DNA of 32,000 nt from Zymomonas mobilis subsp. mobilis ATCC 10988 (lineage in GTDB: Bacteria; Pseudomonadota; Alphaproteobacteria; Sphingomonadales; Sphingomonadaceae). Location of the stretch: the NCBI RefSeq assembly GCF_000175255.2, contig NC_017262.1, forward strand, positions 420,001-452,000, written 5' to 3'. Of this stretch, positions 10,205-18,611 are shown piece by piece. Each line of letters starts with the position of its first letter. Within the stretch, counting starts at the first letter, position 1. The position numbers and the translations under genes were made by a program. A model generated the notes under the pieces. That model saw only the letters and a program-made list of their open reading frames with translations, searched no databases and was not told the DNA's origin.

Positions 10205-10346
10205 CAGACAATCCTCTCTTTTTCAGGGCATTGTTATATGTGCCGGAAAACATTCATATTCAACGCAAAGGATATTGTTTTACCCTAACGCCAACCATAA
10301 ATTAGATAACATACAAAATATCAATAATAACGAGTGAGTCTTTGTG

Positions 10347-10736
10347 ATGAAATTGAAATATTTAACACTTCTGGCTCTTTTTGTAACCACACCAATTTTG
10401 GCTGAAGAGAATTCGAAAAATATCAATATTCAAGAAAAGGCCTATCATTACTTATGTGATAACAAGAAAAATGTGACGGCGCATTATATCAATTCAGAAG
10501 ATCAGAGTAGAAAAGAAACTGTTTCTTTTCTTCGCCTTGATATTGGCGATCAAAGCTATGGTCTTACAGAGGCGGTTTCGGCCAGTGGCGAGCGTTATAT
10601 CGGCCATCATGGGCTGGATTTATCCCATGGCCTTATCTGGTGGAGCAAAGGTGACTCCGCTTTTCTGTCAGTTTTTAAAGGCGATAATGCCCAAAATTCT
10701 CGTATTATTTATCGGAATTGCCGTTTACTAAAATAA
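10347..10736 (+). CDS. MliC-family (C-type lysozyme inhibitor) periplasmic protein
   Basis: It has a signal peptide, then YHYLCD...VSASGERY...IWWSKGDSAFL...YRNC, the MliC signature (SASGxRY, WxKGxxAxL, flanking Cys pair). The start could be the ATG at 10347 or the GTG at 10344. Confidence 0.75.
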   Translation: MKLKYLTLLALFVTTPILAEENSKNINIQEKAYHYLCDNKKNVTAHYINSEDQSRKETVSFLRLDIGDQSYGLTEAVSASGERYIGHHGLDLSHGLIWWSKGDSAFLSVFKGDNAQNSRIIYRNCRLLK

Positions 10737-10754
10737 ACAAGACACTGAACCAAT

Positions 10755-11584
10755 TTAAGAAGAAACGCGGTTTCGGCCTTGGTTTTTCGCCATATAGAGA
10801 CGCTCGTCCGCCCGTTCTAACAAGGAATTGGCATCGTCATTTTCCTTCATAACGGCAACCCCGATACTAACCGTCACAGGGATTTCTCTACCTTGGTAAG
10901 GAACTGGCTTTTCGGAAATCGCATTCCCAATACGTGAGGCAACCTGACAAGTTGTCTCCATATCGGCATTGGGCAGCATAATAACAAACTCTTCTCCGCC
11001 ATAGCGTGCCGCGAAATCCTGTTGTCGAATATTTTCAGTAATTTTCTGGGCAATATATTGAATAACGGCATCGCCTGCCAAATGCCCTTCGTTGTCATTT
11101 ATCTTTTTGAAAAAGTCGATATCTAGAATAAAAACAGAAAACTGGTCTTTTGTTTTACTAAATTGCGCACAATTTTTTTCAAACATTTCTGTAAAGGCGC
11201 GTCTATTAAGTAGACCTGTTAATTCATCAGTATTCGCTAATTCTTTTAGACGAAGATTGGTTTCCTGCAACTCCAAAGTTTTATTAGTAATCATCAGTCG
11301 TAATTTTCTAATCTGATTAGATATCAGATCATAGAGAAATAATGCTAAAACTATGATCAGAGCAATTTTAACAAAACGGTATTCATACCACCTGTATTCA
11401 ACATTCACTGGGAAATGCGTTTCAAGAATAGGCTGCTTTATACCAGGGATAGTCGCTCGAAGGGCAAAGGTAAAATGGCCTGCTGGTAAATGGGAATAAA
11501 TAACAAAAGGCACACTACCTGCCGGTAAGTTAAGCCATTCAGAATCCTGCCCTAACAAACGATAGCTATAATGTATTTGCCTAG
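10755..11584 (-). pseudogene. 3' fragment of an IS-interrupted sensor diguanylate cyclase (end of Y_Y_Y domain, TM helix, coiled coil, GGDEF)
   Basis: It encodes ...QIHYSYRLLGQDSEWLNLP...GHFTFALRA (Y_Y_Y-type Ig domain), the TM helix FVKIALIIVLALFLYDLI, and a GGDEF domain with RQQD (I-site RxxD) five residues before RYGGEEF. The track ORF (10755..11711) gains its first 42 codons from inside the IS. Confidence 0.8.
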
Positions 11585-11600
11585 GTTCTGTTGACAAAGG
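11581..11600. repeat. Left terminal inverted repeat of the IS (includes CTAG target copy)
   Basis: CTAGGTTCTGTTGACAAAGG matches the reverse complement of 12416..12435 at 19 of 20 positions. Confidence 0.8.
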
Positions 11601-11656
11601 GTATAATTTAAGATTTTTAGAGATAACTTGAGAACAAGTTTTGTAGGGTAGATAGG

Positions 11657-12435
11657 ATGCGAGGAGATCTGACGGACGCGGAGTGGGAGATAATACAGGG
11701 TCTTCTTCCAAGCGAACGAGGCCGCTGCGCGCGTCCCGCCAAAAGTAATCGGTTATTTCTCAATGGTATGCTTTATGTGCTTCGAACAGGCTGCCCGTGG
11801 CGAGATATGCATGAACGTTATGGGAAATGGAATTCGGTCTATGTTCGGTTTCGTAGGTGGGCAGAACAGGGTGTGTGGGACGCTCTTCTTGAAACTCTCG
11901 TTGACCTTGGCCTGACAGATGACTGGCAACATATGATAGATAGTACGATTATTCGCGCCCACAGCCAAGCGGCTGGCGCAAAAGGGGGACGTATAAGGAA
12001 GGCTTTGGTCGCAGTCGCGGAGGCTTTACGAGCAAGATCCACGCCCGTTCCGATGGTCAAGGCCGCCCTCTAGCTTTCGCACTAACCGGTGGTGAGGTCT
12101 CTGATTATTCTGGCGCTGATAGCTTGATAGATATCCCTGTCACAACACCCCACTGTTTTCTCGCTGATAAAGGATATGATAGCGATAGGTTACGCGAAAA
12201 ACTGCTTTTTCGAGGCATTCTTCCTGTTATCCCGCCTCGTTCCAATCGAAAAAAGCCTATTCCTTATAATCTCCAGCACTACAAAGATCGTAATCGTATT
12301 GAGCGGATGTTTAATAAGCTAAAGCAGTTCAGGCGCATTGCCACACGCTATGACAAAACCAGAAAATCTTTTCTCGCCTTCCTTCATCTCGCGGCCGTAA
12401 AATTGTGGTTACCTTCCTTTGTCAACAAAACCTAG
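11657..12435 (+). CDS. IS5-family DDE transposase, orfA/orfB joined by a putative programmed -1 frameshift (~259 aa)
   Basis: orfA (11657..12073) carries LTDAEWEIIQGLLP...LYVLRTGCPWRDM..YGKWNSVYVRFRRW..GVW...DSTIIRAHSQAAGAKGG. The -1 frame is open from 11944 and reads ...GFGRSRGGFTSKIHARSDGQGRPLAFALTGGEVSDY...ADKGYDS...YKDRNRIERMFNKLKQFRRIATRYDK. The two frames together give the canonical single-protein architecture. Confidence 0.8.
12416..12435. repeat. Right terminal inverted repeat of the IS (includes CTAG target copy and the transposase stop codon)
   Basis: CCTTTGTCAACAAAACCTAG. The transposase TAG stop (12433-12435) lies inside this repeat. Confidence 0.8.
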
Positions 12436-14632
12436 AAAAACCGTAATCCAGAAGAGAAAATCTTATTAACAAATTTTTGGCATGTGAAGGTAGATTCAGA
12501 GGCTGACCTTCTTTCGGAATTTTTCCATAAGGCAGCTCATTGCCATTAAATTTGACGCTAGTAATAGCTAGGCCAGCTTTAGGCTGTGGTATTATATCAG
12601 GATGGAAATCGGCTGGAATAACCGTCAGACCATTCGATCCACCCAATAAAATTTCGCCATCCGCTCCGATTGCGGCGCTATCCCGATAATAGATCATTTT
12701 ATCGCTATCGCTATGACGATTTATTTGATCTATTTTTTGTGTCTTTGGATTTATCGCAGCAATAGTGCTGCTACCAACTATCCAGAGTCGATTTTTAGTA
12801 TCGTTTATTAAACTCTGAATAGTCTCACAGAATAACTCGCTCTCCGGCATCGGCACCACAGAAAGAGTATTGCCCTGCTTTTTCAGCAAACCACCTCTAA
12901 TTCCAACCCAAAGTATTTTTCCGGCCGACCGAAGTGCTGCAATATAGTCATTAGGGATAGTGTTGATATTATCATTTCGATGGAAAATGTTATAAAATTT
13001 TTTATTCTTGGGAATATAAAAACTAAGTCCCTTTGCCGTAGCAATCACCAAAATATTATCATGAAAGGCTAAGTCTAATATTCTATTATTAGCTAGACTA
13101 TTCGAATCGCTATTCGTATGCGTTAAGTGTTCTGTTTTTTTATTCTTTATATCGTAAATATATAAGCCTTCTGGAGTGCCGATATAGAGAATGTTATTTT
13201 TATAAAGAAGATTGGTGACAATCAGATTTTCTGGCAAATCTGGGACAGAGTAAGGCGAGACTTCTAGATTTCGAGGATTTATCAGGCTCAAACCTTTAGA
13301 AGCGGCTAAAATACTACCATCGCCCAATTCGACAAGGCTATGAATCCCTTCCCCTGAAGCCATGCCTTTTGATCTCAAATGCCGAATAAAGCCTTGTTTT
13401 TTATCAAAATAGTCGATCTGTCCATTCTCGAGACCTAGCCAAATTTGCTTATACCGGCCAACTAAAATGGAATAGACATTGCGATCAGCAAGGGATTTGC
13501 TGCTAATACCGCTATTGTTAAAGGTAAAAATATGATCATTTTCATGATTGTAAAAAGCGATATTGTCTCCTGCCGCGATCCATATATTACCATTTTCTTC
13601 ACGATAAAAAGCGCGGATAGAATCCGTATCCAGATTTTCTGGAGCCGCTTCATTCTGATGAATAAAGCTTATTTTCCCGCTTTTTCTGTCAAGAGATAAT
13701 AACCCCCCACCTCTTGTTCCAATCCAAAGCGCACCGCTAAAGGTCTCTACAAAACTATTTACGGAATGATACCGAATAAAGGGACTCTCTTGTTTTAGAG
13801 ATTCAGGCTGATGTAATTTGCCATCTAACGTTATGTAAAAGACACCGCTAGATGCCGTTCCAATCCAAAGATAGCCCTTAGAATCCCTATAAAGCGCACG
13901 GATTCCTTCAATATTATTTTGAACTGATGTCTTGAAATGAATATAGGTAAATTTCTGATTATCTGGCGAATAACGGACTAGACCTTTATCCGTTCCTAAT
14001 AAAAGCGATCCATCCTTTTCTTGTAAAATCGCCCGTGTTTGACTGGAACAGGTGCCATTATCCTGACAAAAGACAAAAAATTGTCGGGTATGTTTTAAAT
14101 CAGAATCGATATGGGACAGACCAATATCCGATCCAATCCAATATCCCCCCTGCCTATCTGGGACAATCGCATAGATCCGACTACCTAGATATTGTTTTCC
14201 TGTCGCTGGATAGGGGTAAAAATTATTATCCATGGGATTAAAACGGACAACACCGGCAACATCCGTCCCAATGAGCAAGCCCCCATCTGGCAACGCTGCC
14301 AGACTATGAATAACGTTATCAGGCAAACTTAAATTATAAGAGGATGAATAGCGTAAGATATCCGCATGCTGTCCATCATAACGGATTAAGCCGCTGCCCG
14401 CTGTTCCGAACCAAAAAATTCCCTGTTTGTCTTTGGCAATCGCCGATATATTGCTGTTTAAATTTTGGTTGCCATTAGAAATGTCGACCGTCTGAATATA
14501 GACAGGCCGCCAATCCGCCCATGTGTCGGCGGCATTTAAAGATGTCATTCCTGCAAAAAAAACTGTGATACCTATATAAATATAAAGTAAAAACAGTCCT
14601 TTTTTTTGCAAAAAACAAGAAATGTACAACAC
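12422..14632 (-). pseudogene. 5' fragment of the IS-interrupted sensor diguanylate cyclase (signal peptide plus tandem beta-propeller sensor repeats)
   Basis: It has an N-terminal signal/TM segment, then many repeats of the two-component-regulator-propeller type (e.g. GIFWFGTAGSGLIRY, GYWIGSDIGLSHI, GYLWIGTASSGVFY, ALWIGTRGGGLLSL, ILWVGIRGGLL). The ORF ends ...LLDYGFSR and then reads FC-stop inside the IS right end. Confidence 0.8.
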
Positions 14633-14740
14633 ACAGAAATCTTTTTAGGTTTCAAAAACTATTTATTTTATTTTGATATAATCTTTTCACCAACAAAATT
14701 TAACAAAAAAAATACAGATAACAGACAGTGAAAATATAAA

Positions 14741-14772
14741 TATATGCACCTCTCAAAAGAGAGATGCATATA
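14741..14772 (-). terminator. Probable rho-independent terminator of the catalase gene
   Basis: A 14-bp stem (TATATGCACCTCTC / GAGAGATGCATATA) has one position that becomes a G-U pair in the minus-strand RNA, and an AAAA/UUUU loop. On the minus strand it is followed by TTTATATTTTC. It lies 17 nt after the catalase stop. Confidence 0.55.
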
Positions 14773-14788
14773 CGAAAAGCAGCCTATT

Positions 14789-16234
14789 TTATAACAGGCT
14801 ATCGGCTAATCTTTTTCCAAGATCTGCATCGCAACGTCTAAATAATTCTATTTGCTTTTCTTTTATCGCATTAGGCACCGAGGGAGCACCCAGAGAAGCG
14901 ACCAAATTGGAAACTAAACGGGCTTTTTCATCCTCTTTCATCAAACGATAAAGTTTTCCGGGCTGTTCATAATTGTCATTTCCGGAATCTTCATAGCGGT
15001 CATAATGCCCCCCTTCACCATCAACCGCGATAGGCGGTTCTTTATAAGATGCGTTTTCAAAGGGCGAAGATGGATCAGAATTAGGTTCATAATTGACGGC
15101 ATCACCACCATTGCCATCAACCCGCATCGTGCCATCGCGATAATAACCATGAACAGGGCATCTTGGGCGGTTAACAGGAATCTGCGTCGCATTGATACCC
15201 AAACGGTAACGTTGTGTATCAGCATAGGCAAAAAGCCGTCCCTGCAACATCTTGTCAGGGCTAAAATAAAGGCCAGGTATAGTATTCGCTGGGGAGAAAG
15301 CGGCTTGCTCAACATCCTGAAAATAATTTTCGGGATTTTTATTAAGCTCGAAAAAGCCAACTTCCATCAACGGGAATTCCTTGTGATACCAGACTTTGGT
15401 AACATCAAAAGGATTAAGCCGCTGATTTCGGGCTTGTTCAGGCGTCATAATTTGGATTGCAACCTTCCACTTCGGGAAATCGCCTTTCTCGATCGAAGAA
15501 AAGAGATCTTCCTGATAATGGTCAGGATTGCTGCCTGCCAATTTTTCAGCTTCTTCGGCCTTCAAATTTTTGATGCCCTGTTGTGACAGGAAATGCCATT
15601 TCACATAATGGATATCTCCAGCCTCATTGATCATCGAATAGGTATGACTAGAAAAGCCATGCATAAAGCGATGACTAAGAGGAATACCACGATCAGAAAA
15701 GAGAATAAGAACCTGATGCAAACTTTCAGGACTTTGCGAGAAAAAGTCCCATACCATCTTGGGGTCTTTTAAATTCGTCTGTGGATTACGCTTTTGCGTA
15801 TGGATAAAATCTGGAAATTTTATCGCATCTCTGATGAAAAAGACGGGGGTATTGTTCCCGACTAAATCCCAATTCCCTTCTTCAGTATAAAATTTCAGGG
15901 CAAAACCGCGCGGGTCACGCACTGTATCTGCCGAGCCTCTTTCTCCGCCAACCGTAGAAAAACGGGCAAACATCGGTGTTTTTTTCCCGATTTCTGAAAA
16001 GATTTTGGCTTTTGTATAGCGGGTAATATCAGCTGTTACCGTTAGCTCACCAAAAGCGCCCGATCCTTTGGCATGAACAACCCTTTCCGGTGTCCGCTCG
16101 CGGTTGAAATGCGCTAATTTTTCAATGAGATAGACATCTTGGAGGAGGGTTGGGCCTCGTTTTCCTGCGGTGATACTATTTTGGTTATCACCAACAATGC
16201 GGCCTGATTCAGTCTGAAGATTGGGTCTAGTCAT
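14789..16234 (-). CDS. Monofunctional heme catalase (small-subunit type)
   Basis: 481 aa. It carries [58 protein letters not shown] and [14 protein letters not shown], the catalase core signatures including the proximal Tyr region. AAGAGGGA lies upstream of the ATG. Confidence 0.95.
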   Translation of the reverse strand: MTRPNLQTESGRIVGDNQNSITAGKRGPTLLQDVYLIEKLAHFNRERTPERVVHAKGSGAFGELTVTADITRYTKAKIFSEIGKKTPMFARFSTVGGERGSADTVRDPRGFALKFYTEEGNWDLVGNNTPVFFIRDAIKFPDFIHTQKRNPQTNLKDPKMVWDFFSQSPESLHQVLILFSDRGIPLSHRFMHGFSSHTYSMINEAGDIHYVKWHFLSQQGIKNLKAEEAEKLAGSNPDHYQEDLFSSIEKGDFPKWKVAIQIMTPEQARNQRLNPFDVTKVWYHKEFPLMEVGFFELNKNPENYFQDVEQAAFSPANTIPGLYFSPDKMLQGRLFAYADTQRYRLGINATQIPVNRPRCPVHGYYRDGTMRVDGNGGDAVNYEPNSDPSSPFENASYKEPPIAVDGEGGHYDRYEDSGNDNYEQPGKLYRLMKEDEKARLVSNLVASLGAPSVPNAIKEKQIELFRRCDADLGKRLADSLL

Positions 16235-16355
16235 AACGTCCCTCTTACCTGATTGGGATTTATGACTGAACGCATAGTCTAGGTGATTGTATCCTTAAAA
16301 ATTCGGCGGTGCGATGAAATGACCGAATAATAAGCTCTATTTTGATAGCTATCAA

Positions 16356-16387
16356 AAATTACCCTGCATTTTATTACAGGGTAATTT
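16356..16387 (-). terminator. Rho-independent terminator of the NMO-family gene
   Basis: A perfect 11-bp stem (AAATTACCCTG / CAGGGTAATTT) with a 10-nt loop. The minus-strand 3' arm runs into a T tract. It lies 10 nt after the stop. Confidence 0.6.
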
Positions 16388-16397
16388 CAGATAAATA

Positions 16398-17804
16398 TTA
16401 TTTTCCAGTAAGAATACGGTCGATTAATTGTTGAACCGTAGGAATAAAATTATTGGCGTAGAAAGGATCGGTCTTAAACCGATATCCTGAATGACCGCAA
16501 AACATCAGATTGTCTTCGATCTCATCACTATGCGCAATATCCTGCAATGTTTTTTGAATGCAGAAGCTTCGTGGATCAGGCACACGGCCTGTCGTATTTT
16601 TGTCGGCTTCCGTCCATGAAGAAAAATTGCATTGGCTTAAACACCCCATGCAAGCGGCCTGATCTTTACGGATCATCCGCATTTCTTCTGTGGTAACAAA
16701 AACAAGCGTATTATCTGGCGTTCTTAATGCCGAGACATAGCCATCTTCCACCCACTGGCGCGCTCTTGCCAAATCACCTTCAGTGACCCAAAAACTGGCG
16801 CGGGCATTTACACCGACATCCAACAAATGTTGGTGATCGCCGGCTTCTTTACCCGAGAAAGCAATTTGACGCTCTGACCGCTCTTCTAGGTTTTTCAAAA
16901 ATCTATTTTTGATCGCCGAAGAATAAAATCCTGTTGGTGAAAAGCGATGCAATAAAACATCCCCTTCATCCAGCTGCATCAGACGTTTTTTCCATGGCAA
17001 AGAAATCGGACTTTCCTGCGTTACCAACGGACGCGTTCCAAATTGGAAAGCGATCGTGCCTAATTCAGGATTGTCGATCCAATCATTCCATTCCTCAAGA
17101 TGCCAAACACCGCCTGCCATAACGATGGGTATACTGTCAGGAATACCCACAGCACGCATCACCTTCCTGAGGGCATATACCCGTTCATAAGGCGGCTGCG
17201 GTGAGGCTGGATCTTCAGCATTGGATAAACCATTATGCCCCCCTGCCCGCCACGGATCTTCATAGACAACAGCGGCCAGAAATTCAGGTGCCTTGGAATA
17301 AGCACGTTTCCACAAGGCATTAAAGGCTCTAGCCGAAGAAACGATCGGCAAATAATAAACCTGATAATGGGCAGCAATCTCGGAAAGTTTATAAGGCATA
17401 CCGGCACCACAGGTAATGCCTGTCACCAGCCCTTTGGTCTGTTCCAAAACCTCTTTTAAAATAGTTTGGGAACCGCCCATTTCCCATAAAATATTGATAT
17501 TGATAGCACCCTTGCCGGATGCAATATCATGGGCGCGTTTAACCTGATCAATGGCACCATTTATGGCATATTGCACCAATTCTTGATGGCGTTCTGGACG
17601 GGTTTTGCTGTGGTATATTTGGGGAATAATCCGGCCATTTTCATCATAGCTATCTGCGTTAACAGCCGAAATTGTGCCAATGCCATTAGCAGCCGCCCAA
17701 GCGCCTGCACTCATATGATCCGATGCGGCGATACCTTTCCCGCCTTCAATCAGAGGCCATACTTCACGCTTGCCGTAACGGATTGGGTGCAAGCCTTTGA
17801 ACAA
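16398..17804 (-). CDS. Nitronate monooxygenase (NMO / 2-nitropropane dioxygenase) family TIM-barrel flavoprotein, long form
   Basis: 468 aa with a TTG start preceded by AAGGGAGGA. It shows an NMO-like layout (PLIEGGKGIAAS..., GITCGAGMP, PIVMAGGVW) plus a C-terminal extension carrying a CxxCxxxC motif. The family assignment comes from pattern memory, not from a search. Confidence 0.6.
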   Translation of the reverse strand: MFKGLHPIRYGKREVWPLIEGGKGIAASDHMSAGAWAAANGIGTISAVNADSYDENGRIIPQIYHSKTRPERHQELVQYAINGAIDQVKRAHDIASGKGAININILWEMGGSQTILKEVLEQTKGLVTGITCGAGMPYKLSEIAAHYQVYYLPIVSSARAFNALWKRAYSKAPEFLAAVVYEDPWRAGGHNGLSNAEDPASPQPPYERVYALRKVMRAVGIPDSIPIVMAGGVWHLEEWNDWIDNPELGTIAFQFGTRPLVTQESPISLPWKKRLMQLDEGDVLLHRFSPTGFYSSAIKNRFLKNLEERSERQIAFSGKEAGDHQHLLDVGVNARASFWVTEGDLARARQWVEDGYVSALRTPDNTLVFVTTEEMRMIRKDQAACMGCLSQCNFSSWTEADKNTTGRVPDPRSFCIQKTLQDIAHSDEIEDNLMFCGHSGYRFKTDPFYANNFIPTVQQLIDRILTGK

Positions 17805-18401
17805 GTTAATCCTCCCTTAAAATGCAATTTTCTTAATTTGGGTCAAAGCGCTTTTATCAATAAAAAACGCAGAAGTTTAGTTTCAAATCATTCTCGCGAG
17901 GCACAAAATTTTAAATCAGCTCTTTTAAAAAGGGAATGAAATATTTTAAAGATTTAATCAAAAAATGGGAAAAGATTTTTTAAAAACCACCCTTAGTTAA
18001 TACTATTTTTCAAAATTAAATAATTCATAACAACAAAATTATTCAAAAATAAATTTTATTGTTATTTAAATTTTTTGCGATTTAACTAACTCTTTTCGCC
18101 CAAAGAGATGGTTCATTCAAAACTAAATTCGCTTTCGACTATTCTATCGTCAAAATTTCAGAGTTTGGGTGCTTTTTATTATATAAGGATAAAATGAAAA
18201 AATACGACCATCTCTATGAAGAATATCTTAATAAAAAAATTAATCTAAGTTACAAAAAAATACATTATATAAATTTACTTTTCCGTCAAATGATATAAAT
18301 TGACCGCAAGTATTAGGGAGAGAATTCCAGTCCACCTGCTCCAAGATAGGTGGGCTGGAATATCCTGATTTGGTTATCCAATAACCGCTGTTATTTTCAG
18401 A

Positions 18402-18611
18402 TCAGGCAACTATATCATATCCTAAATCATCTATTTCTTTTCTCAAGACATCTTCCGACACCTCGTCCGGATTATAATCTATAGTGACGGCTTTATTCTT
18501 TAAAGATGCCGTGGCAGCAGAAACGCCCTGTAACTGGCCTAAATGGCCTTCAATCGTTTTAACGCATTTCTCGCAATGCATCCCTTCGACCTGAAAAATC
18601 ACACGGGTCAT
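18402..18611 (-). CDS. copZ: Heavy-metal-associated (HMA) copper chaperone, CopZ-like
   Basis: 69 aa with the GMHCEKC metal-binding motif in a ferredoxin-like HMA layout. Its ATG overlaps the copA stop (ATGA), implying translational coupling. Confidence 0.8.
   Translation of the reverse strand: MTRVIFQVEGMHCEKCVKTIEGHLGQLQGVSAATASLKNKAVTIDYNPDEVSEDVLRKEIDDLGYDIVA

Larger units (their letters stand above)
11581..12435 (+). mobile_element. IS5-family insertion sequence (~851 bp plus CTAG target duplication)
   Basis: The terminal inverted repeats are CTAGGTTCTGTTGACAAAGG (11581-11600) and the reverse complement of 12416-12435, CTAGGTTTTGTTGACAAAGG (19/20 identical). CTAG is present at both junctions. 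The element encodes a two-ORF DDE transposase and interrupts an otherwise continuous ORF. Confidence 0.85.

Noticed and set aside
11591-11607. TTGACA followed by TATAAT inside the IS left end, considered as a strong promoter.
   Set aside because: The two hexamers are separated by only 5 nt, so they cannot act together as a sigma-70 -35/-10 pair. The TATAAT may still serve as the transposase -10 element, but I cannot support a full promoter call.
18324-18361. A 14-bp-stem hairpin downstream of copZ, considered as the copA-copZ terminator.
   Set aside because: On the transcribed (minus) strand the stem contains a C-A mismatch. It is followed by TCTCTCCC rather than a U tract. It pairs better on the plus strand (G-U). 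I kept it only as part of the AT-rich-region finding, not as an annotated terminator.
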